A stretch of 64,000 nt of DNA, taken from assembly GCA_964542785.1 (NCBI GenBank), contig CAZIUK010000003.1, positions 12,946 through 76,945 of the forward strand, in the 5' to 3' direction. This document shows, piece after piece, positions 29,260-36,872 of this stretch (positions are counted from its first letter, which is position 1; the number at the start of each line of letters is the position of its first letter). A program made the translations under genes and the position numbers. Below the pieces are notes generated by a model. The model was not told where the DNA came from and did no database searches. It worked only from the letters and a program-made list of their open reading frames with translations. This DNA comes from an uncultured Planctomycetales bacterium. GTDB lineage: Bacteria; Omnitrophota; Gorgyraeia; Gygaellales; Profunditerraquicolaceae.

Positions 29260-29307
29260 TTGACAAAAACCCCATTCTTTTATATCATTTGATATAGAGT
29301 TATATCA
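29260..29307 (+). promoter_or_regulatory. Promoter with an overlapping palindromic operator candidate upstream of the HTH/secretin operon
   Basis: TTGACA (29260-29265), a 17-nt spacer and TATCAT (29283-29288). The perfect inverted repeat TATATCA-tt-TGATATA spans 29281-29296, and a third TATATCA lies at 29301-29307. Confidence 0.45.
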
Positions 29308-29358
29308 AGTGCTATAACTTACCATATATCTATAATCCTTTTAACAGAGGAGACTCAA

Positions 29359-29586
29359 ATGGCCGAATCCTTAATTTCTCCCGCTGAAATAACTAAAATT
29401 CATAGCATATCTTATCAGACGGTTAACTACTATACTAACCTTGGGCTCTTAAAAGTCAAAAAGAGAGAGGCTAATAATCGTCTTTACAGCTCCAAGGAAG
29501 TCAGTTCTAGCTTAAAGAAGGTCTCTGAGCTTAAGAGCCGGGGGTATTCATTAAAGCTTATATGTGATTTATTAAGAAAGGGCTGA
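29359..29586 (+). CDS. Small MerR/excisionase-type HTH DNA-binding protein
   Basis: 75 aa. The HTH-like segment is ISPAEITKIHSISYQTVNYYTNLGLL, and the GAGGAG RBS lies upstream. Confidence 0.55.
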   Translation: MAESLISPAEITKIHSISYQTVNYYTNLGLLKVKKREANNRLYSSKEVSSSLKKVSELKSRGYSLKLICDLLRKG

Positions 29587-29590
29587 TGGG

Positions 29591-30415
29591 ATGAGCTATT
29601 ATTCCGCGCTGGGGTTAAAAAAGGAACCTTTTTCTAATAGCCCTGACCCCGATTTTTTCTTTGAATCCAATGAACATAAAGCTGCCCTTACCAGGCTTTT
29701 GATTGAAATACGTCTGCGTAGAGGCTTAAGCGTTATTTTAGGTGATGTAGGAGTCGGCAAGACTACTCTTTCCCGTAAACTTTTTCAAATGCTAAAAGAG
29801 CGTTTGGATATACTCTTCTTTATGGTCTTGGATCCAACCGCTGAAAGCGCAGAGTTATTCTTAGAGTCGTTAGTGCGTACCTTTAACCTGCAGGATGATA
29901 TCGGTGATTCTCCGACAATACTTGATTATAAAGAGGTTATTAAAAAATTTCTCTTTCAGAAGGGGGTGGAGGAGAATAAAACTATAGTTTTAGTTGTTGA
30001 TGAAGCTCAAAAGCTTAACCCCTTGTCTTTAGAGATCTTACGCGTCTTATTAAATTATGAAACTAATGATTTTAAGCTTTTGCAGTTAGTCTTATTGGGG
30101 CAGTTGGAGCTCTTGTCTAGAATAAAAGAGATTAAGAATTTTTATGACCGTATAGTCCTTAAATATGTAATAAACCCTTTAGATGAATTAGCGACAAGGG
30201 ATTTAATTGATTTTCGTTTGAAGCATTCTGGTTTTGATTCTGAACTAAAACTTTTTACAGAGGAAGCAGTTAGCGAGGTTTACCGTTATAGCCAAGGTTA
30301 TCCGCGCAGGATTAATTTAATTTGCCATAATTCATTAAGAAATTTTTTGATGAGCAAAAAAACTTTAATTGATGCAGATATAATTAGAGAAGCAATAACT
30401 AAAAGCGCCTTATAG
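29591..30415 (+). CDS. GspA/ExeA/MshM-like AAA ATPase (AAA_22 type)
   Basis: 274 aa. Walker A is GDVGVGKTT and Walker B is VLVVDEAQ. No peptidoglycan-binding domain is visible. Confidence 0.7.
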   Translation: MSYYSALGLKKEPFSNSPDPDFFFESNEHKAALTRLLIEIRLRRGLSVILGDVGVGKTTLSRKLFQMLKERLDILFFMVLDPTAESAELFLESLVRTFNLQDDIGDSPTILDYKEVIKKFLFQKGVEENKTIVLVVDEAQKLNPLSLEILRVLLNYETNDFKLLQLVLLGQLELLSRIKEIKNFYDRIVLKYVINPLDELATRDLIDFRLKHSGFDSELKLFTEEAVSEVYRYSQGYPRRINLICHNSLRNFLMSKKTLIDADIIREAITKSAL

Positions 30416-30417
30416 TT

Positions 30418-31077
30418 ATGGATAAACAGAGCTCTGACGAAAGACTCCTTAAGCTTATAGAAGGTCAATATAATACCACTACCTTAAAAGGACAGCAAAT
30501 CCCATTTCCCAAAGGACAGAAGCCCGCTATAGAGAAAATAGAGAGAAAATTTAACCTCAATAAATTATTATCTCAAATTAAGGAGCTAAAAATTGATTTA
30601 GTTTATATTAACAAAGGATTAATTTTAGCAGCTGTTTTTTTAGTTTTAGTTTTTTTATTTACTATCTTTACTCCTCCTGGGACTTCTCTTTTAAGCCTTG
30701 AGACTTTTAATAACGCTAGCTCTCGGCAGATAGAGCAGCTAATTAATATGGGGCAAAAGCAGGCGAGTTTGCGTAAATCTGCCTCCTTTAAGGATATAAA
30801 AAGGAATATATTTCTTCCTTTTAGCGCTCCTCAGGGTTTATTAAACCTACAGCAAGCTACAGAATTATCGGAAGAGATAAAAGCGTTAAAATTGGTGGGT
30901 ATTATTTGGTCGGCTGATCCTGAGGTTATGATTGAGAATGCAAAAGACACAAGGACTTATATACTTAAAAAAGGAGATACTTTTAATGAATCTTATAAGG
31001 TAAAAAATATAACACGCAATTCAGTAACCTTGCAGGTATCTACCCAAGATGGCCTAAAGGATTATGAGCTAAGATGA
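30418..31077 (+). CDS. Bitopic membrane protein with a GspB/GspC-HR/PilP-like C-terminal domain
   Basis: 219 aa with a central TM segment (LILAAVFLVLVFLFTIF). The C-terminus is LKLVGIIWSADPEVMIENAKDTRTYILKKGDTF..YKVKNITRNSVTLQ. Confidence 0.5.
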   Translation: MDKQSSDERLLKLIEGQYNTTTLKGQQIPFPKGQKPAIEKIERKFNLNKLLSQIKELKIDLVYINKGLILAAVFLVLVFLFTIFTPPGTSLLSLETFNNASSRQIEQLINMGQKQASLRKSASFKDIKRNIFLPFSAPQGLLNLQQATELSEEIKALKLVGIIWSADPEVMIENAKDTRTYILKKGDTFNESYKVKNITRNSVTLQVSTQDGLKDYELR

Positions 31078-32609
31078 GGATTTTATTTTATTTTTTCTTA
31101 TATTTATCTTTATTTTTATTTTATCCCGGGTTAATTTTATCAGGAGAGGAAGGTACGCAGGTAAGCGCAGTTAAGGAGGTTAAGTTAGACGGGGTAAATG
31201 ATGATAGTCAAGAGAGTATTGATAAGATTTCTTTGGATCTGAAAGGGGTTGATATCAATGAGCTTTTTAAGATAATTTCTGCAAAATCCGGAATCACCAT
31301 AGTTACCTCTCCTGAAGTAAGGGGCCGGGTTTCGGTTTTTATTGATAATTTAAGTTTTGATGATGCGTTAGACGTAATCGTGACCTTACAGGATCTTGCT
31401 TACGAGAAGAAGGGGAACGTAGTAAAGGTGATGACTATGGTAGAGTATGAGCGGGCCTATGGGAAAAAATTCGGGGAGAGGAAAGAGACCCGTACTATAC
31501 GGCTTACTTATGCTAAGCCTTCTAATGTCGTCAATGCAATTACCTCCTTAAAGTCTGACCTTGGCAAGATTATTGCCGATGAATCTACCGGGACTATTAT
31601 TATAACCGATACTCCGCAATCTTTAAGTGTCATTTTAGAAGCTATTAAAGAATTAGACCGTCCTTTAGAAACTTTAGTAATTGATATTAATTATGCGCGT
31701 TTTGGGGATATAAAAAATTACCTGAATGAATTAATTACCCCCGGGGTAGGGCAGATTATCTCTGATGATAGAAGCGGTAAAGTGGTGGTTTATGATTTTC
31801 CTCAAAGGTTGGCGCGCATTAAAAACCTTTTGCAGGAATTAGACGAACAGTCCCGTCAGGTGCTTATTACTGGAGAGATTATTGAAGTAGAGATAGGCGA
31901 TAAATTTCAAAGCGGTATTGAGTGGGAAAAAATATTTAAGTCTGTGCATATGGATAATTTGGATTTAGTAGCGAAATTTCCAGTTACCCCGGCTTTGGCT
32001 AATTACGGTAAAATTAGCATAGGAACCTTGACACAGGACCATTATAATATAATAATTAATATGATTAATGAATATGGAAAGACTAAGATACTTAACCGCC
32101 CTAGGATTGTGGCGGTTAATAAAGAAGAGGCTAGGATTCTTGTCGGGACTCGCGAGGCCTATGTTACCTCTAGCCAAAGCCAAAGCGAAACTTCTGTAGT
32201 TACCGCAGAGAACATCAACTTTGTAGATGTCGGGCTTAAGCTGGTGGTTATTCCTACTATTGGCTCTGACGGTTTTATTACTATGAAAATAAAGCCTGAA
32301 ATCAGCACAGTAAAGGAGTATTTAGATACTGAGGCAGGTGGCCGTGTGCCGATAGTTAAAACTGCTGAATCGGAGACTGTGGTTAAGGTAAAAGACGGAA
32401 ATATGTTAGTTATAGCAGGGTTGATGATAGATAGTGATTTAAAAGAGGCTAAGGGGCTGCCTGATTTGTCTAAGTTGCCTATTTTAGGCCATTTATTTTC
32501 TACGAAGACAAAGGAAAAGACAAAATCAGAAATAGTTATTTTTATAACGCCAACAATTATAAGCGGCACTAGTGATTTTGGGCGCGAGGAGAGAAATGCA
32601 ATCAGGTAA
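31074..32609 (+). CDS. Secretin (PilQ/MshL/GspD family), paralog 1
   Basis: 511 aa with a signal peptide and an N0/STN-like domain (ISLDLKGVDINELFKIISAKSGITIV...). The secretin core includes LNRPRIVAVNKEEARILVG, IPIVKTAESETVVKVKDGNMLVIAGL and VIFITPTII. Confidence 0.85.
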   Translation: MRILFYFFLYLSLFLFYPGLILSGEEGTQVSAVKEVKLDGVNDDSQESIDKISLDLKGVDINELFKIISAKSGITIVTSPEVRGRVSVFIDNLSFDDALDVIVTLQDLAYEKKGNVVKVMTMVEYERAYGKKFGERKETRTIRLTYAKPSNVVNAITSLKSDLGKIIADESTGTIIITDTPQSLSVILEAIKELDRPLETLVIDINYARFGDIKNYLNELITPGVGQIISDDRSGKVVVYDFPQRLARIKNLLQELDEQSRQVLITGEIIEVEIGDKFQSGIEWEKIFKSVHMDNLDLVAKFPVTPALANYGKISIGTLTQDHYNIIINMINEYGKTKILNRPRIVAVNKEEARILVGTREAYVTSSQSQSETSVVTAENINFVDVGLKLVVIPTIGSDGFITMKIKPEISTVKEYLDTEAGGRVPIVKTAESETVVKVKDGNMLVIAGLMIDSDLKEAKGLPDLSKLPILGHLFSTKTKEKTKSEIVIFITPTIISGTSDFGREERNAIR

Positions 32610-32628
32610 TATTATAAATGGTATAAAA

Positions 32629-32665
32629 GGGGACAGCGACTTTTTTATCAAAAAGTCGCTGTCCC
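32629..32665. repeat. REP-like inverted pair (hairpin) between the two secretin genes
   Basis: GGGGACAGCGACTTTTT-tatc-AAAAAGTCGCTGTCCC forms a perfect 16-bp stem. Confidence 0.95.
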
Positions 32666-32670
32666 TATTT

Positions 32671-34611
32671 ATGAAATGGGGTATCTGCCTATTTTTATTA
32701 TTTTTGCTGATAGCGCCTTTAGGGGCTTTTATTTTTGCGCAAGGCGATATTGATTATGATGAACAGATAGATAAGATTTCTTTAGATTTAAAGAATGTTG
32801 AAATTGTAGAGCTTCTGCGCATACTTTCTCTTAAGACAAAAAAGACAATTGTCCCCAGCAAAGATATCTCAGGGCGCGTTACTATTTACCTTAATAACGT
32901 CTCTTTTAATGACGTTTTAGATATAGTCCTTTTAACTCAAGGCCTGGCTTTAAACAAAAAAGATAATATTTATTATGTTATGAGCGAAGCTGAATTTAAA
33001 AAAATTTTCGGCCGGGATTACATTGACAATAGAAAGGTAGAGACGGTAAAGCTTGCTTATGCTAAGCCCTCGGTAGTTTTTAATGCCTTAGGCCAGTTAA
33101 AATCAGATCTGGGGAAATTAGTCGTAGATGAATCAAGCGGGACGGTTATTCTTATAGATATTCCCGAAAAACTTTCTCTGATGAAAAAGATGATAAATGA
33201 AATGGACCAGCCATTGACAACCAAGGTCTACAACCTTAACTACATTAAAGCTGCTGATGCTAAAACTCAAATAACTGCCGCTATTACGCAAGGCACAGGA
33301 GAGGTTATAGTAGATGAAAGAAGCAGTAAAGCTATTGTTTCAGATTTATCTAAGAAAATGGATAAGATAGGTATGCTTGTACGCGAGATAGACGAAGAAT
33401 CGCGCCAGGTTTATGTGGAGGCTGATATTGTAGAGCTTAGTTTAAGCGATAAGTTTGAGCGCGGCATAGATTGGGAGAAGGTTTATACCTCTGCGGCTAT
33501 GGATGGATTAACCTTTGCCGGTTATTTCCCTGCTACATTAGCGCAGTTTCAAAAAATATCCGTTGGCACTTTAGCCGTGGATCACTACAAGGCCATATTA
33601 AATTTTCTTAACACTTACGGCAAGACGAATATCATCTCTCAGCCTAGGATAGCAGTTGTTAATAATGAAGAGGCAAATATTATGATTGGCGTGCGTGAGG
33701 CTTATATAACACAGACGCAGAGTCAGGCTACTTCCACTACGGTTACTTCGGAAACGGTAGAGTTTATTGATGTTGGCGTTAAGCTTAAAATATCCCCAAG
33801 GATAGGCTCTGATGGTTTTATCACTATGAAACTTAAACCTGAGGTAAGCTCTGTAAAGGAGACAGTAGAGACTTCTTTAGGCAGCCGTATTCCGATAGTC
33901 CAGACTTCTGAGTCAGAGACGACGGTAAAGGTTAAGGATGGGACGATGATTATGATTGCCGGGATGACTAAGATTGAAAATGTAGATGCGATTAAGGGTT
34001 GGCCAGTGCTTTCTAAAATTCCCTTTCTTGATATATTCTTTGGCAATCGTACCAGCGAGAAAAAGAGAACAGAGGTTATAGTCTTTTTGACTCCGAGAAT
34101 AATGCGCAGTGATGAAGGCTTAAGAGGATTAGAGATTGCTAAGATTCTCCCTAAGGAATATCTGCCTGAGAAGCTGCAGGTTAAGATAGACAGGGACCAG
34201 AAGATAGATGACGCTTTGTTTGAGACTGAGGAGAATCCGCAGGAATTACTTACGGCGCGCGATTATTATTTTAAGGGGTTAGAGTCGCAGGCATCTTTGG
34301 ATAATAAAGAGGCCATACGTTATTTTAAGAAGGCTATAGAGTTAGATAGTAAATATGCCGCGGCTTATAACAATTTAGGAATTGCTTATGAGAAGGAGTT
34401 TATGCCGGAAAAAGCAGAAGAGGCGTATCTTCAGGTTATATCTATGGACCCTTCTTTTGTCTCTGCTTATTCTAATTTAGCCTTACTTAATGAAGACCGG
34501 CTTGATTATGCCCGGGCGCTTATTTATTGGAGAAAACGAGTCCTTTACGGAGACCCTAATGATGAGTGGACTAAACAGGCTGTTCAAAGGGTTAAGGAGC
34601 TTAGCCGTTAA
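32671..34611 (+). CDS. Secretin paralog 2 with a C-terminal TPR extension
   Basis: Domain order matches paralog 1, with roughly 45-50% identity by eye. It adds a TPR-like tail (AIRYFKKAIELDSKYAAAYNNLGIAYEK...). ATG 32671 directly precedes the signal peptide MKWGICLFLLFLLIAPLGAFIFAQG. The upstream in-frame ATGs at 32572 and 32596 read through the REP hairpin. Confidence 0.8.
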   Translation: MKWGICLFLLFLLIAPLGAFIFAQGDIDYDEQIDKISLDLKNVEIVELLRILSLKTKKTIVPSKDISGRVTIYLNNVSFNDVLDIVLLTQGLALNKKDNIYYVMSEAEFKKIFGRDYIDNRKVETVKLAYAKPSVVFNALGQLKSDLGKLVVDESSGTVILIDIPEKLSLMKKMINEMDQPLTTKVYNLNYIKAADAKTQITAAITQGTGEVIVDERSSKAIVSDLSKKMDKIGMLVREIDEESRQVYVEADIVELSLSDKFERGIDWEKVYTSAAMDGLTFAGYFPATLAQFQKISVGTLAVDHYKAILNFLNTYGKTNIISQPRIAVVNNEEANIMIGVREAYITQTQSQATSTTVTSETVEFIDVGVKLKISPRIGSDGFITMKLKPEVSSVKETVETSLGSRIPIVQTSESETTVKVKDGTMIMIAGMTKIENVDAIKGWPVLSKIPFLDIFFGNRTSEKKRTEVIVFLTPRIMRSDEGLRGLEIAKILPKEYLPEKLQVKIDRDQKIDDALFETEENPQELLTARDYYFKGLESQASLDNKEAIRYFKKAIELDSKYAAAYNNLGIAYEKEFMPEKAEEAYLQVISMDPSFVSAYSNLALLNEDRLDYARALIYWRKRVLYGDPNDEWTKQAVQRVKELSR

Positions 34612-35965
34612 CTTAAAACCAAAGAAGAGCTTTTTTCAGGAGAAACTCCTCCTCTTTTCTTTTTTCATCCTTATTTTTAGCACCTTTCTTATAGGATCTG
34701 TTGGTATATCCAAAATATATTGGTTTAATGCTAAAGTTAAAGATTTAGCCCAACATAACCTTAAATTAGAGTCCGCAGTTCTTGAGATGAGGATAAGGAA
34801 TGCTAATTTTGCGATGGGGGTGCGTAACTATGTTTTTTGGCGCGCTTCACGCTACTTGCAGTCTGTATCCATTGCCGGAGACTTAGATAAGATTTTTATT
34901 TCGGTAGAAGATTTTGAAGAGCATCTTAAAGCGTATCGCCAGAGTTCTTATCTAAAGGAGCAGAGGGATTGGGCAGATGAAGTAGCTTTAGCTTTTGATG
35001 GGGTTGTCCAGCAAGGCAAGAGGCTTGTTGAGCTGCTTGGAAAAGAAGAACCGGGAAAGATAAGCGAGCTTATAAACAGCCAGTTGATGAGCTTTGAGAA
35101 TAATGTTTACCGAATTGATGAATTTTTAGATAAGGCGATGGGCAAGTCTAATCTTGCTGAGGTAGAGCGCCAGATGCTTATTACAGCTCAGGATAAGGAG
35201 CAGGCTATTAGTTTTTTGAAGGTAAGCCTTATTGTATCTATTCTTATGGGGTTAGTTATTGCGTCTGTGGTATATCGCAGGATAGTCCGGGAAAAAGCTT
35301 ACCGCCAGAAACTCTTTGACCGGATTGTAAATCTTGAGGAGGACGAGCGTAAGAAGCTCTCTACCGCGGTTCATGATGAGATGGGCCAAGACTTAAGCGC
35401 CCTTAAGATTTATTTAGGGTTAATTTCTCAAGAGCTGCCGGATATAGCTGAAGATACTAAGAAAAAGCTTGATGAGTGCAAAAAGATCGCTTCCGGGCTT
35501 ATCGAGAAGAGCCATAATATTTCTTTTCTTCTCAGGCCCCCGGAGTTAGACGAGGTAGGGCTTTTAGAGAGCATAGAATCGCTTCTTCTTGAGGCTAAAC
35601 ATTTAACGGGGATAGAGTATTCATTTCAGAAGCCTAAGCTTTTGCTGGATTGTTCGGCAGAGAGGAGTCTTTTGCTTTACCGCGCCTCTCAGGAACTTTT
35701 AACCAATATGATAAAATATGCAAAGGCAAAAAATGTGGTTTTACGTTTAAATAGGATCGGTGATTCCGCTCAGCTTTTTTATTATGATGATGGTTGCGGG
35801 TTTGATCTTGCAAAGTTAAAGTATAAATTATTGCGCCGCAGAGAGGATAAGTTTGGCTTGGGGTTATTGGGCCTGAAAGAAAGGGTGGAGCTTTTAGGCG
35901 GGGATATAAAGATAAATTCGTCTTTGGGGGGAGGCACGACTATTATAGTCAATTTGCCGCTTTAA
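34559..35965 (+). CDS. Sensor histidine kinase (HisKA_3/NarX-DegS type)
   Basis: It has two TM segments flanking a sensor domain of about 190 aa. The H-box is AVHDEMGQDLSAL and an HATPase_c domain follows (ELLTNMIKYA, DDGCGF, GLGLLGLKERVELLGG). ATG 34559 has GGAG 6 nt upstream and overlaps the 3' end of the secretin gene. Confidence 0.8.
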   Translation: MMSGLNRLFKGLRSLAVNLKPKKSFFQEKLLLFSFFILIFSTFLIGSVGISKIYWFNAKVKDLAQHNLKLESAVLEMRIRNANFAMGVRNYVFWRASRYLQSVSIAGDLDKIFISVEDFEEHLKAYRQSSYLKEQRDWADEVALAFDGVVQQGKRLVELLGKEEPGKISELINSQLMSFENNVYRIDEFLDKAMGKSNLAEVERQMLITAQDKEQAISFLKVSLIVSILMGLVIASVVYRRIVREKAYRQKLFDRIVNLEEDERKKLSTAVHDEMGQDLSALKIYLGLISQELPDIAEDTKKKLDECKKIASGLIEKSHNISFLLRPPELDEVGLLESIESLLLEAKHLTGIEYSFQKPKLLLDCSAERSLLLYRASQELLTNMIKYAKAKNVVLRLNRIGDSAQLFYYDDGCGFDLAKLKYKLLRRREDKFGLGLLGLKERVELLGGDIKINSSLGGGTTIIVNLPL

Positions 35966-35967
35966 TC

Positions 35968-36609
35968 ATGCCTATAAGAGTCGCTATAGTCGATGACCAC
36001 GATATAATCCGTTTGGGGATAAAGAGTGTCTTAGAGAAAATCACAGATTATGAAATTTGCGCTGAAGGAGAGAATGGCGAAGAAGCCTTAAAGATCGCGC
36101 AAAGCTTATCTCCGGATATTATGTTGTTAGATATAACTATGCCTAAGCTTGGAGGGCTTGATATTATTTCCAGGATAAAACGTGCCAGTCCTAAAACCCG
36201 CATTGTGATTATTTCGGTGCATAAATTAGGGGCGTATGTTTTAAAGGCCTTAAGGCAAGGAGTAAGCGGGTATCTTAATAAGGAGAATGTTGCAGAAGAA
36301 CTACTTCTAGCACTTTCAAGCGTATCTAAGGGTAAGGTTTATTTTGGTCAAGAGATATCTCAGTATCTTGCAGAGACTGTTAAAAACCCGGACCAAAAAC
36401 CCTTGTCTCACAGCCTTCTGAGTGAAAAGGAATTGGATATTCTGCGTTTGGTAGTTGAAGGGAAGACAGCAAAAGAGATAGCAGAGGTTACTTTTCTAAG
36501 CCATCGGACAGTTGAAAATTATAAGAATAGTATTATGAAAAAGCTTAATTTACACAAGACAAGTGATTTGATTAAGTACTCATTAGAGAACAAAATACTT
36601 GATATTTGA
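35968..36609 (+). CDS. NarL/FixJ-family response regulator (REC + LuxR-type HTH)
   Basis: 213 aa with VDDHD, MLLDITMP and the C-terminal HTH TAKEIAEVTFLSHRTVENYKNSIMKKL. Confidence 0.9.
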   Translation: MPIRVAIVDDHDIIRLGIKSVLEKITDYEICAEGENGEEALKIAQSLSPDIMLLDITMPKLGGLDIISRIKRASPKTRIVIISVHKLGAYVLKALRQGVSGYLNKENVAEELLLALSSVSKGKVYFGQEISQYLAETVKNPDQKPLSHSLLSEKELDILRLVVEGKTAKEIAEVTFLSHRTVENYKNSIMKKLNLHKTSDLIKYSLENKILDI

Positions 36610-36616
36610 TCTTATA

Positions 36617-36644
36617 AATGTCCAATCTAAAATGTCCATTCTAA
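36617..36644 (+). repeat. Tandem 14-mer direct repeat
   Basis: AATGTCCAATCTAA is followed directly by AATGTCCATTCTAA, with one mismatch. The first copy starts 8 nt after the response regulator stop. Confidence 0.9.
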
Positions 36645-36656
36645 GGAGAAGGGAAA

Positions 36657-36670
36657 GGGGGACAGCGACT
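36657..36670 (+). repeat. Solo REP-like half-site
   Basis: GGGGACAGCGACT. Confidence 0.85.
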
Positions 36671-36791
36671 ATTTATAAGAGTAATATTTATAATAAAATA
36701 GAGTAGTTTTACGATTGTTATTTTAGGATAAATATAATATACTTAAGGTACAGGTTAAAAATAAAAAATGGCAGGTATAATGAAAATAATA

Positions 36792-36815
36792 AACAATAAC
36801 AATAACAATAACAAC
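36792..36815 (+). repeat. Hexanucleotide microsatellite (AACAAT)x3 + AACAAC
   Basis: Read directly from the sequence. It lies in the 5' leader of the DUF2341-like gene and produces the poly-Asn in the spurious ORF extension. Confidence 0.9.
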
Positions 36816-36818
36816 AAA

Positions 36819-36872
36819 GGGGACAGCGACTATTACTATTTTTGCGCTATGATAAAAAAAGTCGCTGTCCCC
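36819..36872. repeat. REP-like inverted pair with a 30-nt spacer, overlapping the start codon of the next gene
   Basis: GGGGACAGCGAC (36819-36830) pairs with GTCGCTGTCCCC (36861-36872). The ATG at 36849 lies inside the spacer. Confidence 0.9.

Noticed and set aside
29359-30415. The small MerR/Xis-like HTH plus AAA_22 ATPase as a transposon or prophage fragment (Xis plus TniB/MuB-like).
   Set aside because: No integrase, transposase or terminal repeats are nearby. The ATPase is tightly coupled to the PilP-like and secretin genes, which fits a GspA/ExeA-type role better.
32572-32670. N-terminal extension of secretin 2 (MILGARREMQSGNIINGIKGDSDFFIKKSLSLF).
   Set aside because: The extension is a translation of the REP hairpin and overlaps the 3' end of secretin 1. 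A canonical signal peptide starts at ATG 32671. ATG 32596, which has a GAGGAG just upstream, cannot be fully excluded.
36768-36848. N-terminal extension of the DUF2341-like protein containing poly-Asn (MAGIMKIINNNNNNNNKGDSDYYYFCA).
   Set aside because: It is a translation of the hexanucleotide microsatellite and a REP half-site. The signal peptide begins at ATG 36849.
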